Assembly: GCA_964394085.1 (NCBI GenBank) | Contig: CAYMWF010000020.1 | Span: 11,615 to 75,614, forward strand | Direction of reading: 5' to 3' | Length of the DNA stretch: 64,000 bases | Source: an uncultured Gemmatimonadota bacterium | GTDB lineage: Bacteria > GCA-2686955 > CAYMWF01 | Program-made: the position numbers and the translations under genes | Shown here: positions 38,933 through 47,243 of the stretch, one piece after another | Layout: each line of letters starts with the position of its first letter | Position numbering within the stretch: position 1 is the first letter of the stretch | The notes under the pieces: model-generated | The model's database searches: none | Told to the model about the DNA's origin: nothing | What the model saw: the letters and a program-made list of their open reading frames with translations, nothing else

Positions 38933-41182
38933 CTAAGGACAGGCCCCCTCATCGAATCCATGAATGTATACGGCGGAGCAGTCGCCTCCGCCTTCATAGC
39001 AGGGCACTCTTTCCGGAATCGAGAAACCGGACACGGTCCCGTTCCAGGCGCTTCCCGATATATACCTCTCGAAAGCACCGTTTCGCATCCTTACAGCATC
39101 GGTCATCTCCAAGTATGGTTGTGGTTCGCCGTCCGGCACAGCCACCATGCAGGGGCTCAGAATGCCCCAGTTTTCCGTCTGTTTACGTGAATCAGATCTT
39201 TTTTTCTTCTCGCCATTATCATATTGGTGGTCGTAATATCCGTGATAGATATTCCCCAGAACCAGGTTGTAATCCGTGCCACCCAGTGTCACTGGGTCCA
39301 GGAGTATAGACGTTGCGATATCATAGTCGTTACCCCGGCCCAGGTGTTCAACGCCATTATCAGGATCGACCCAGGAATCGCTGAGACCTGATTCTGTATA
39401 ATGGTAATTGTTAGGGTTGAGACAATTGTTTTCTCCCTGGGACACCCCATGAGGGAAAGGAGCGTAACATACCTTTAACTTACCCGGTATCTGTTGTCCC
39501 TCTACTATGGGGCATTTAATAGTATCTCCCGGAACAACGAAGATATTGTAATCCATCAAGTTTTCCCAGTCGGCGTGGGATGTGAACTCTCCGTTCAATA
39601 CCGGCATGACCCTGCCTGAATTAGTAAAGACAAAATCCAGGCAGTCTTTATAATAGCCGAACTCGTCCTTGTACGAATGGTAAGTGTCATTGCCGGGAAT
39701 CTCCTCGGGTATTTTCGAATAGAACTGGCCTGTTATCGCATCGAAATCTTCGCCGGTAAACTCGTGGCCCCGTGCGTTGGCTATGCTTAACAGGATTGCT
39801 TTGCTGTCATCTATTCGCATAGCCTCCCAGTTGATATTCTCGCTGAATATCAGGTGGTTCTCATCGAAAAACCTGATGGCGTCGATCGCCGTCGAATGGT
39901 ACTCGTCCGATATCGCCACCTTGAATACCTCGGCGTCATCATCGGTGAGAACGTAACCGAGATCGGAATCCCAGTCACCCGTCAACCAGTCTCTCAATTC
40001 GTTCTCGTCACAGCCTTCAACAGGAGGGCAGTCATCCGGCGGATAACGGGTGATGTCTATGATGTCCTCCGGTACATTCGAATCGATGGTTTCGAGAAAA
40101 ACTTCTTCGCCGGTCGGCTCATTGCAATCGATAATGCAGAAATAGTCGATTCTGAAGCCCTCCTCGGTCTGATCATCATAGTATTCATCATTCCATGCTG
40201 CTACGGCATCATCATAATTACCTTCTTTTGCCACGTAGTGAACTTTCATGAGTTCCGCGAACTTATGCCGGGCCGGCGGCACCTTGGGGTCTTTGGAATC
40301 ATCATAATTACGACCGAGAAGCACTCGTATCCAGGGTCTGCGCTCGCCTATCCAGCACGGCGTGTCTTTCAGCTCCCATCCCCAGGGCACGTCGAACCCC
40401 AGGTTATAGCAGATAAGCGCACGTTCGTTGCACAGCCCGTTCGGGTTGTGACATTTCCAGAAACCGGGAACCTCGAGACTGTCGTTCGCAGCGTTGATTT
40501 CCGCATAGTCCAGGTCCTCATTATCACTGTAGTACCATCGTCCATGGTTTTCCGGATCTCCATCCGAAATGAAAAGGAACGCCCTGAAATACGCATCCCG
40601 CTCGAACTCATCGGAAAATACGTCGGGCACCATGCACAGGGAGATCTCAATCTTCAGAGGTTGAGAAAAGTACAAGTACGCTGTGTAAGGGAAAAATGGG
40701 TGAGGGTAATCATCCGGATAGTCATCATGATAATCAGGAAGCTCGTAGTTAACTACCTTATGTAGAAGCGTTGACGATCCGGCGTTGTAATACCTGTATC
40801 CGGTTGTAACCTGATCGTCGCAAAGTCTGGTATCGTAGTCATAATTTCCTTTGGCACTTTTGTTGAACCAGAGCGACTCTCCATAACCATCGAAACTGGA
40901 CCTTGAGCCTATGGTGTTGATGTTGTGAGAGAAGAGAAATTTTATCTGCGCTTCGGTCCAGGCGGTTTTACTGGCGACATAGGGAAATTCATCACCCTGA
41001 TAATAGCCGCACCAGGGGTGGCCTTCTGGCGGTGATTCATCACAACCGTCACGGAACATTCCACCGTTCACCAGGTCGCAGCCGAATATCATGAAGTCGT
41101 CGCCCGCGTCATCACCGTATTCAGGGATATCCGGGACCTTCAATATGAACCTTTTCAAGTCAGGATCCGACGGATAGATCAA
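38933..41182 (-). CDS. Large acidic Asp/Glu/Tyr/Trp-rich hypothetical secreted protein. The annotated start is TTG. The likely true start is ATG 41345, currently out of frame because of the (TCAC)8 tract.
   Basis: Low-GC 749-aa ORF. The frame is open upstream to 41347 with no start codon. ATG 41345 with a GGAGG RBS sits in the -1 frame; one fewer repeat unit would give an in-frame N-terminus MVRFFLTHS...VTVSFILLSGIICYPSVSHGE with signal-peptide character. Confidence 0.5.
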   Translation of the reverse strand: MIYPSDPDLKRFILKVPDIPEYGDDAGDDFMIFGCDLVNGGMFRDGCDESPPEGHPWCGYYQGDEFPYVASKTAWTEAQIKFLFSHNINTIGSRSSFDGYGESLWFNKSAKGNYDYDTRLCDDQVTTGYRYYNAGSSTLLHKVVNYELPDYHDDYPDDYPHPFFPYTAYLYFSQPLKIEISLCMVPDVFSDEFERDAYFRAFLFISDGDPENHGRWYYSDNEDLDYAEINAANDSLEVPGFWKCHNPNGLCNERALICYNLGFDVPWGWELKDTPCWIGERRPWIRVLLGRNYDDSKDPKVPPARHKFAELMKVHYVAKEGNYDDAVAAWNDEYYDDQTEEGFRIDYFCIIDCNEPTGEEVFLETIDSNVPEDIIDITRYPPDDCPPVEGCDENELRDWLTGDWDSDLGYVLTDDDAEVFKVAISDEYHSTAIDAIRFFDENHLIFSENINWEAMRIDDSKAILLSIANARGHEFTGEDFDAITGQFYSKIPEEIPGNDTYHSYKDEFGYYKDCLDFVFTNSGRVMPVLNGEFTSHADWENLMDYNIFVVPGDTIKCPIVEGQQIPGKLKVCYAPFPHGVSQGENNCLNPNNYHYTESGLSDSWVDPDNGVEHLGRGNDYDIATSILLDPVTLGGTDYNLVLGNIYHGYYDHQYDNGEKKKRSDSRKQTENWGILSPCMVAVPDGEPQPYLEMTDAVRMRNGAFERYISGSAWNGTVSGFSIPERVPCYEGGGDCSAVYIHGFDEGACP

Positions 41183-41297
41183 TGGATCGACGATTTCGGC
41201 GATACGGAACCATTCGGTAGGGTCACCGGTTTCTCCGTGGGAAACCGATGGGTAACAAATGATACCCGAAAGAAGTATAAAACTAACGGTTACCGAG

Positions 41298-41329
41298 GTG
41301 AGTGAGTGAGTGAGTGAGTGAGTGAGTGA
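41298..41329 (-). repeat. Tetranucleotide SSR (TCAC)8 on the coding strand, (GTGA)8 on plus
   Basis: Eight perfect units counted directly, 15 nt downstream of ATG 41345. Confidence 0.9.
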
Positions 41330-41830
41330 GGAAGAAACGTACCATACTTAACCTCCTTCCGACCGGCGCGTCAGAACGACCGGCCATCCTGATAAAATAA
41401 AAAGTAACCGGGATCATGCGGTAAGGCCAATGATGTTTTACCGGGTACGATCGTTTCATAACAACGACCTGAGTTTGACCTCCGTCGAAATCCGGGGGGA
41501 AGCTCAAACTTGTTCTCAAATAGTTGTAATTCCAAAACTCGCTTCCCCGCGCTTTTATCGCTTTTTTAAGGTCAAGGAAGCATGCGAGCTTCGCACATTA
41601 CATTACGTAATATAAAGAGGGCAGAAATCGGGATATCCGGGATGAAATTTTCAGTTTTTGTTATTTTTCTCGTAACATGGTGCTGTGCCGAGAGTTATAA
41701 TATTGTCTCTCCCAAGAACGATGAAACAGGCATTCTCAAGTATTCGCCTAAACAGCCGAACTGTGTGGAAATTCGGCTTTTTTCCCTGATCGCTTGACAA
41801 GATCGAGAGCTTAGGCTATTTTGACGAATC

Positions 41831-42514
41831 ATGAATCAGTTCGGTCAAAAAAGCGAACAGGATTTCCTTGCGGTAATCGGGGATCTCCGGCGTTCCCGGG
41901 AGGATCGTGAGCGCTTGCGCACCCAGACGCTCCTGGAGCGGGCCCTGAAAGAAGTGAACGCGACTTTCGCAGGCAACCTGTCTTCCCGGTTCATCATTAC
42001 ACTGGGTGACGAATTCCAGGGGCTTCTTCGAATGCCCTCGGGGATCTTCGATGTGATCAGGGAAATCGACCGGATTCTGGAGGGGCTGCCCCTTCGATAC
42101 GGTCTGGGGTGGGGGGCCCTGTCCACAGACCTGCGCGAGCAGGCCCTGGGCATGGACGGACCATGCTTCCACCGGGCGCGCGAGGCGATGGGTATCGCCA
42201 AACAAAAAGGCGAGTCCGTGGTAGTGGCGGGGTTCGGGCGTGAACAGGACGAGGCCATCAATCGAGTCCTGTTTTTGATGAACAGCGTGAAGAGTCGGTG
42301 GAAGCCCGCCCAGGCCGAGACCGTACGCCTCATGAGGACGGGCAGGATGCAGAAGGAGGTGGCCCGGCTGAGGGGAGTGTCGACCTCCGTGGTCAGCGAG
42401 ACCCTGAAGGCGGCGCAATACAGGAAACTGCACGGGGCCGAATCGGCCGTGAAAATCCTGATGGAGCTCTTTGCTGATCCGGCGAAACTTCAGAAAGTGG
42501 GAGAAACGGGATGA
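41831..42514 (+). CDS. SatD-family-like protein (partner of DUF3307)
   Basis: N-terminal AVIGDLRRSRE... pattern and an immediately downstream DUF3307-like membrane protein with a 4-nt overlap. A possible leaderless promoter is TTGACA(41796)-17-TATTTT. Confidence 0.45.
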   Translation: MNQFGQKSEQDFLAVIGDLRRSREDRERLRTQTLLERALKEVNATFAGNLSSRFIITLGDEFQGLLRMPSGIFDVIREIDRILEGLPLRYGLGWGALSTDLREQALGMDGPCFHRAREAMGIAKQKGESVVVAGFGREQDEAINRVLFLMNSVKSRWKPAQAETVRLMRTGRMQKEVARLRGVSTSVVSETLKAAQYRKLHGAESAVKILMELFADPAKLQKVGETG

Positions 42515-43281
42515 ACCTCCTCCTCAGCGTGGAGCCCATGGTTTTACGCTTCTTTCTCCTGCTCCTGGCGGGACACGTGCTCTCGGATTTCCTTTTCCAG
42601 ACCTCGGGCATTGCGAATAACAAGGGAAGCAGGTTCTCTGCGCTGCTCCTGCACGGAATGTGGACCTTCGCGGTTCATGCCGTGTTGCTGTTTCCCTTCT
42701 GGAACCGGCAGGCCCTCCTCTGGCTGCCGGCACTGGCTTTATCGCATATCGTCATCGATCGACTCAAGGCCGGTCTGCGCGGAGATGCGGAAAAAGCCTT
42801 CACGGGTTTCTTCGTGGACCAGGGCATTCACCTTGTGACACTGATCGCGCTGACCTGGATCGTGTCGGACACGGGGCATATGAGAAGACCTTCGATTGCG
42901 GCGGAGAACCTCGATGCTCTCGTCGGGATCATGGTCGTGGCGGCCGGTTTCGTTTTCAACGGAAAGGGGGGCACGGCGGTGGTCAGGCTGCTCCTGAATC
43001 GTTTCCCGACCATCAGCGATCCCCTGCGGAAAGATTCCGGCAGCACCTGCGCCATGGGCAGAACGATCGGAAACCTGGAGCGTTACATTCTCTTCGTCCT
43101 TGTCCTGCTCGGGCACTGGGGAGCCATCGGGTTCGTGATCGGCGCAAAGTCGATCGCCAGGTTCAAGGAGCTGGATGAGAAAGGCTTCGCGGATTACTAC
43201 CTTATCGGAACCCTCACCAGCGTCCTGGTCGCCCTGATCAGCGGGCTTTCGGTGAGCGCCCTGCTGGGGCTCCTCGACTGA
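42511..43281 (+). CDS. DUF3307-like integral membrane protein
   Basis: GHVLSDFLFQ motif near the N-terminus of a polytopic membrane protein. Confidence 0.5.
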   Translation: MNLLLSVEPMVLRFFLLLLAGHVLSDFLFQTSGIANNKGSRFSALLLHGMWTFAVHAVLLFPFWNRQALLWLPALALSHIVIDRLKAGLRGDAEKAFTGFFVDQGIHLVTLIALTWIVSDTGHMRRPSIAAENLDALVGIMVVAAGFVFNGKGGTAVVRLLLNRFPTISDPLRKDSGSTCAMGRTIGNLERYILFVLVLLGHWGAIGFVIGAKSIARFKELDEKGFADYYLIGTLTSVLVALISGLSVSALLGLLD

Positions 43282-43434
43282 AATACATCAGTCATATATT
43301 CGGTGACAGCGTATGTGATCCTGCCCTTCCGGGGGAGTATCGAGAATGTGTGCTACCTGAATTACCCGCAAATCCGGGGGGAGTAGGATCGGATCTTCCC
43401 CGGTCGGAATCCGCAGATTCCCGCCCGGACGAGA

Positions 43435-44592
43435 CTACCTGAGAGCCAGGGCGTACAGAACGCCGTCCGTGGTTCCGTTGTAGAGCACGCCCCCCGAGAT
43501 CGCCGGAGATGCGAATACCCCGGATCCGGTGTTGAAAACCTGTCTGAAGCGCCCGTCCGAAGGGTCGAGGATGTATAAACCGCCGCTCAGGTCATGGGCC
43601 ACGACCATATCGGATGATGCCGCCGCAGAGGCGAAAAACGCGTAATCCGCAGGCCGGATAGACCAGGCGACCCGGCCGTGCGCCGTATCGATGCCGTAGA
43701 TCCTTCCGCTGAACGCCGGCGCCACAAGGATGCCGTCCGCCAGGGCGGGCGTCCCCATCAGCATGTCGTTCTCATCGAGCTCGAGCTCCCAGACGAATGA
43801 ACCGTCGGAAGCGTCCAGCGCTACGAGCTTGTTATCGAAAGAACCGTCGCCGCGCACGCCGTTGTCCGAGACGCCGAGGAGGACGGCGCCCCCCGCGCAG
43901 ACGGGAGCCGTCTCGATGAATCTTCCCTCCGGGTAGCTCCACTGCCATGCGACCTCGCCTGTGGATGGAATGAAGGCGTAAACCTCGTAGTAGTTCGATG
44001 CGGCGATGATCCTTCCTCCCTCGGGCGTCTTCACGTAAGAGGGCGGCGCCGCGATGTATCCGGCTGTTTTGACCGACCAGAGAAGGGATCCGCTGAATGC
44101 GTCCAGTGCGTAGAGCCGCTTGTCCATACCGCCGATAAAGACCGCGCCGCCCATCACGAGAGGCGAGCTCTGCACCCAGGACGAGGTCTCGAAACGCCAC
44201 AGTTCGGTGCCGTCCCGGGCGTCGACCGCGTAGATTCTCCGATCCATCGCACCCGTGTAAACGATTCCTTCAGACACCGCGGGTGCGCTTTCGATCCATG
44301 CCCCGGTTCCGAACAGCCAGAGAAGCGAGCCGTCCGCGGCGTCCAGGGCGTGCAGGTTGCCGTCGTTCGCGCCGAAGTACACGACTCCGTCGGCCACCAC
44401 CGGCGAAGAGAGGATCATGCCGCCCGTTTCATAGGTCCAGAGCAGGTCGGCTGCCGCGCGGACATCTTCAGGCGAGTGGCCGCAGCGGCTTCCTCCGTGC
44501 ATGAATGACGGCCAGTCTTCAGCCGGCGAAACCGCCGCCGCGAGTGCGCTGAACAGAATTGAGATACAGAAATATGTTCGAGCGTTGTGCAT
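43435..44592 (-). CDS. PQQ-like beta-propeller repeat protein (BamB-like fold), secreted
   Basis: Signal peptide. Repeated motifs: ADGVVYFGANDGNLHALDAADGSLLW, EGIVYTGAMDRRIYAVDARDGTELW and similar. Confidence 0.8.
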   Translation of the reverse strand: MHNARTYFCISILFSALAAAVSPAEDWPSFMHGGSRCGHSPEDVRAAADLLWTYETGGMILSSPVVADGVVYFGANDGNLHALDAADGSLLWLFGTGAWIESAPAVSEGIVYTGAMDRRIYAVDARDGTELWRFETSSWVQSSPLVMGGAVFIGGMDKRLYALDAFSGSLLWSVKTAGYIAAPPSYVKTPEGGRIIAASNYYEVYAFIPSTGEVAWQWSYPEGRFIETAPVCAGGAVLLGVSDNGVRGDGSFDNKLVALDASDGSFVWELELDENDMLMGTPALADGILVAPAFSGRIYGIDTAHGRVAWSIRPADYAFFASAAASSDMVVAHDLSGGLYILDPSDGRFRQVFNTGSGVFASPAISGGVLYNGTTDGVLYALALR

Positions 44593-44616
44593 GACCCCCG
44601 CACCCTTTCCGCAAGG

Positions 44617-45579
44617 TTAATTCGCATCGAAAAAGTTGAGCACCCGGTTGCGGATGATCACGGAAAAAATGGCTATCGAGATGTGGGTGGCGATATACCA
44701 GTATATTTCTTTCGGCTCCTCGGCGGCCTCGAAAAGCTCCTGTCCGGTAGGGACCTGTAAATCGAAGAGCGCATTATGCATCTGGAGCGGCCGCGGCGAA
44801 AGCAGGTGAATGGTGTAGAGCGGATCCACGAGCTCCCAGTAGCGGCTCATCGACTCGCAGTGCCCCGCGAAAGCCCGGCGCTGCCGCTGCATCTCCGGCG
44901 ACGTGCTGGAGTTGACGAGGGTGCACCAGTCGCCGCCGCCGAGGATGAGAGCCGCGGCCCGTATCCGGTCCTCCACCGCGGCGACGACGCCGCCGCCGAT
45001 GGCTCCCATGCTCAGGCCGATCAGGTGGATCTCGCTGCAGTCGATGTCGTCCCTCGTTTCAAGGTAGTCGACGGCCCGCCGGTAATCGATCACGCCTGAA
45101 GCACCGGCCCACCGGGTCTCGACCGGCCCCGCAGACCCCAGCCTCTTCCCCGGCCTGGAACGCGCGCCGTGATACATGGAGTCGATGCCGAAGATCGCAT
45201 ATTTTACGTCTCTGTCGAAATATCCCATAATGTAAAGACAGAACGGATCGAGCTCTTCCCTGCTTCCGCCTAAAGAATGGACGTACAGAATGACCGGCAC
45301 CTGCTCCCCGGGTTCGAGAGGCACGGGCAGGTAGAGGTGGCCCTTCACCGGGTCGCCCGTCACGGAGTCGAAGGTCACTTCCCATATTTCCCGGTTCATT
45401 CCGGGTTCGAGCAGCTCTTCCGACGGGTTGAGCGGAACACTTCTGTCATAATCGTAAAAGGCGAGGATCTGCTCATCCGAGTAGAGGGCGGCTGTTGAAA
45501 GGGCCGGGACGAGAAGCCCGGCGAGGATCAGCCCGGCGGGAAGCAACGGAAACGGGAGCGGAATCCGGCGCAAGAACAT
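44617..45579 (-). CDS. Secreted alpha/beta hydrolase (dienelactone hydrolase/esterase-like)
   Basis: Signal peptide. GxSxG nucleophile elbow (GLSMGA) and an HSLGGS region. Confidence 0.6.
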   Translation of the reverse strand: MFLRRIPLPFPLLPAGLILAGLLVPALSTAALYSDEQILAFYDYDRSVPLNPSEELLEPGMNREIWEVTFDSVTGDPVKGHLYLPVPLEPGEQVPVILYVHSLGGSREELDPFCLYIMGYFDRDVKYAIFGIDSMYHGARSRPGKRLGSAGPVETRWAGASGVIDYRRAVDYLETRDDIDCSEIHLIGLSMGAIGGGVVAAVEDRIRAAALILGGGDWCTLVNSSTSPEMQRQRRAFAGHCESMSRYWELVDPLYTIHLLSPRPLQMHNALFDLQVPTGQELFEAAEEPKEIYWYIATHISIAIFSVIIRNRVLNFFDAN

Positions 45580-45650
45580 GCGAAGCTCCTATTCAAGTGA
45601 TTCCTGGTGAAAGCAGGCAGCTATTCTCCCGGCAGCACCGCTGTAAAACG

Positions 45651-46949
45651 TTATTCCAGCGGAGTCGATTCGAGCAGGTCGTAGAAGTTGTACCATTGAC
45701 CCTGACAATATGTAGCCGGAACGTCCCCCTCGGCGTACACTACGTGGAACCGGCCCGAGTTGGGGCAGCAGATGGTCTGCCACAGCACCGGATATTCATA
45801 GCCCTCAAAAAACTCGAAGAAGAACCCGATCTCCCTGTAGAGAAGGTTCACCACGTAGCGGAGAATGTCGGCGCTCATCCATCCCGTAGAGGTGAAGGGC
45901 GCCGCGTCGAGGCTCAGACCCAGATAGAAAAGGTAGTAGGGGAACCATTCCGAGTCCGGATCCATGAGGCACCCGTAAGGATCCCGCTGGGTCGCCGCGG
46001 TGACCGGATCGAGGAAGTGATTCGTCCGCCTGACTACGTCGACCATCTTGAAATGGGGTAAGATATCTTCGACGGGATCGTCCCAGGTTCCGTAATAGAA
46101 TTCACTGGCGGTCATCTCCACCGCGCAAGCCGCCGGCATCTTGCCGTCGCCGACCACGAAATTCCATCCCTGGGTGCGGTCAAAGCTCATGAGCAGGATG
46201 GCGTCCTCGATGGTGTCGGCCTCTTCGAGGGTGCGGCTCACCCTGAAGCCTACCGGCAGGCCGACGTTGGTTTCGTCGCTGCTGCTCGATACGTTCGGAC
46301 CGCTGATAGTGATGCCGACCTCGCTCATGCCGCCCAGGCTGCCGATCTGGCCGGAAAAACCTGGTGTGATCCAGGCGTGGTAGTCGTCCGGATCGCGAAC
46401 GATGATGAGGGGAAAATCCTGAGCGCGGATTTCATGCCCGATAGTGAGGGAATAATCGAGACTGCGGGTCTGCAGGAGACCGCCCTGCTCCAGCCAGGCG
46501 GTGGCGCGGCCCCAGCACGCGATGCTGCTGCAATGAACCCTGCCGGGCACTGCATGGGCCCGCCAGAGATCGTCGAGGTCGACGCCGGAGCTCTCGGACA
46601 GGCCCTCCATCTCATCCTTGTACCTGTCCGGGACGAAAGGCCAGAGCATATCGACTAATTCATCCAGCTCTTCAATGGTCAAACCGTTGTCTTCGATGGC
46701 GAAATCGTAGACGAACGCATTTATCATCCACTCCACCTCCTCGCCCATCAGCTCGCCGTGCTGGACACCCATCTCCGCATGGGTGCCGGAGAGGTGCAGC
46801 ACCCGGTACTTGCCGTTCTGTTCGAGCCAGCCCTTTCCGTCGGAGGAGATGCCGAGCACCTCGCCCCATGAACAAGGGCAGATTAGAAGAATAACCAGGA
46901 TGAAGAGCGGGGGAGCGAGGATGGAGCGGCGGAGCGGATTCAACTTCAC
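45651..46949 (-). CDS. Secreted hypothetical protein, possibly Ntn-hydrolase (peptidase C45/acyltransferase-like)
   Basis: Signal peptide. A candidate autoprocessing site ...RVHCSSIACWG resembles the G|C(S/T) Ntn nucleophile. Weak evidence. Confidence 0.3.
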   Translation of the reverse strand: MKLNPLRRSILAPPLFILVILLICPCSWGEVLGISSDGKGWLEQNGKYRVLHLSGTHAEMGVQHGELMGEEVEWMINAFVYDFAIEDNGLTIEELDELVDMLWPFVPDRYKDEMEGLSESSGVDLDDLWRAHAVPGRVHCSSIACWGRATAWLEQGGLLQTRSLDYSLTIGHEIRAQDFPLIIVRDPDDYHAWITPGFSGQIGSLGGMSEVGITISGPNVSSSSDETNVGLPVGFRVSRTLEEADTIEDAILLMSFDRTQGWNFVVGDGKMPAACAVEMTASEFYYGTWDDPVEDILPHFKMVDVVRRTNHFLDPVTAATQRDPYGCLMDPDSEWFPYYLFYLGLSLDAAPFTSTGWMSADILRYVVNLLYREIGFFFEFFEGYEYPVLWQTICCPNSGRFHVVYAEGDVPATYCQGQWYNFYDLLESTPLE

Positions 46950-47053
46950 GGCGGACCTCCTTGCGCGGGTGGGATTCGTCGACCGAAATCAACTATGTCG
47001 TATTCAGTATAGCCGCTTTTATCCGATTATCAAAACAAAACTATTGAGCAGTT

Positions 47054-47200
47054 GCGTTAATATTTGAGAGCGATCGCCGGATGGCGGATAATTTTTGAAA
47101 TACTATTCAGCGGCCGCGTTAGTATTCTGAAACGTTGTTCATCGATCGCGTTAGTATTCTGAAATGTTGTCCGGCGATCGCCTTAACATTCCGGAATAAT
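47054..47200. repeat. Three copies (two tandem) of a ~34-bp direct repeat GCGTTAGTATTCTGAAAYGTTGT...CGATCGC in promoter region
   Basis: Read directly. Located upstream of the minus-strand gene starting at 46949. Confidence 0.6.
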
Positions 47201-47243
47201 CGTTCAGATTTTTTTTCTTCGCCCTGGAGGGGCTTTTTCAATC

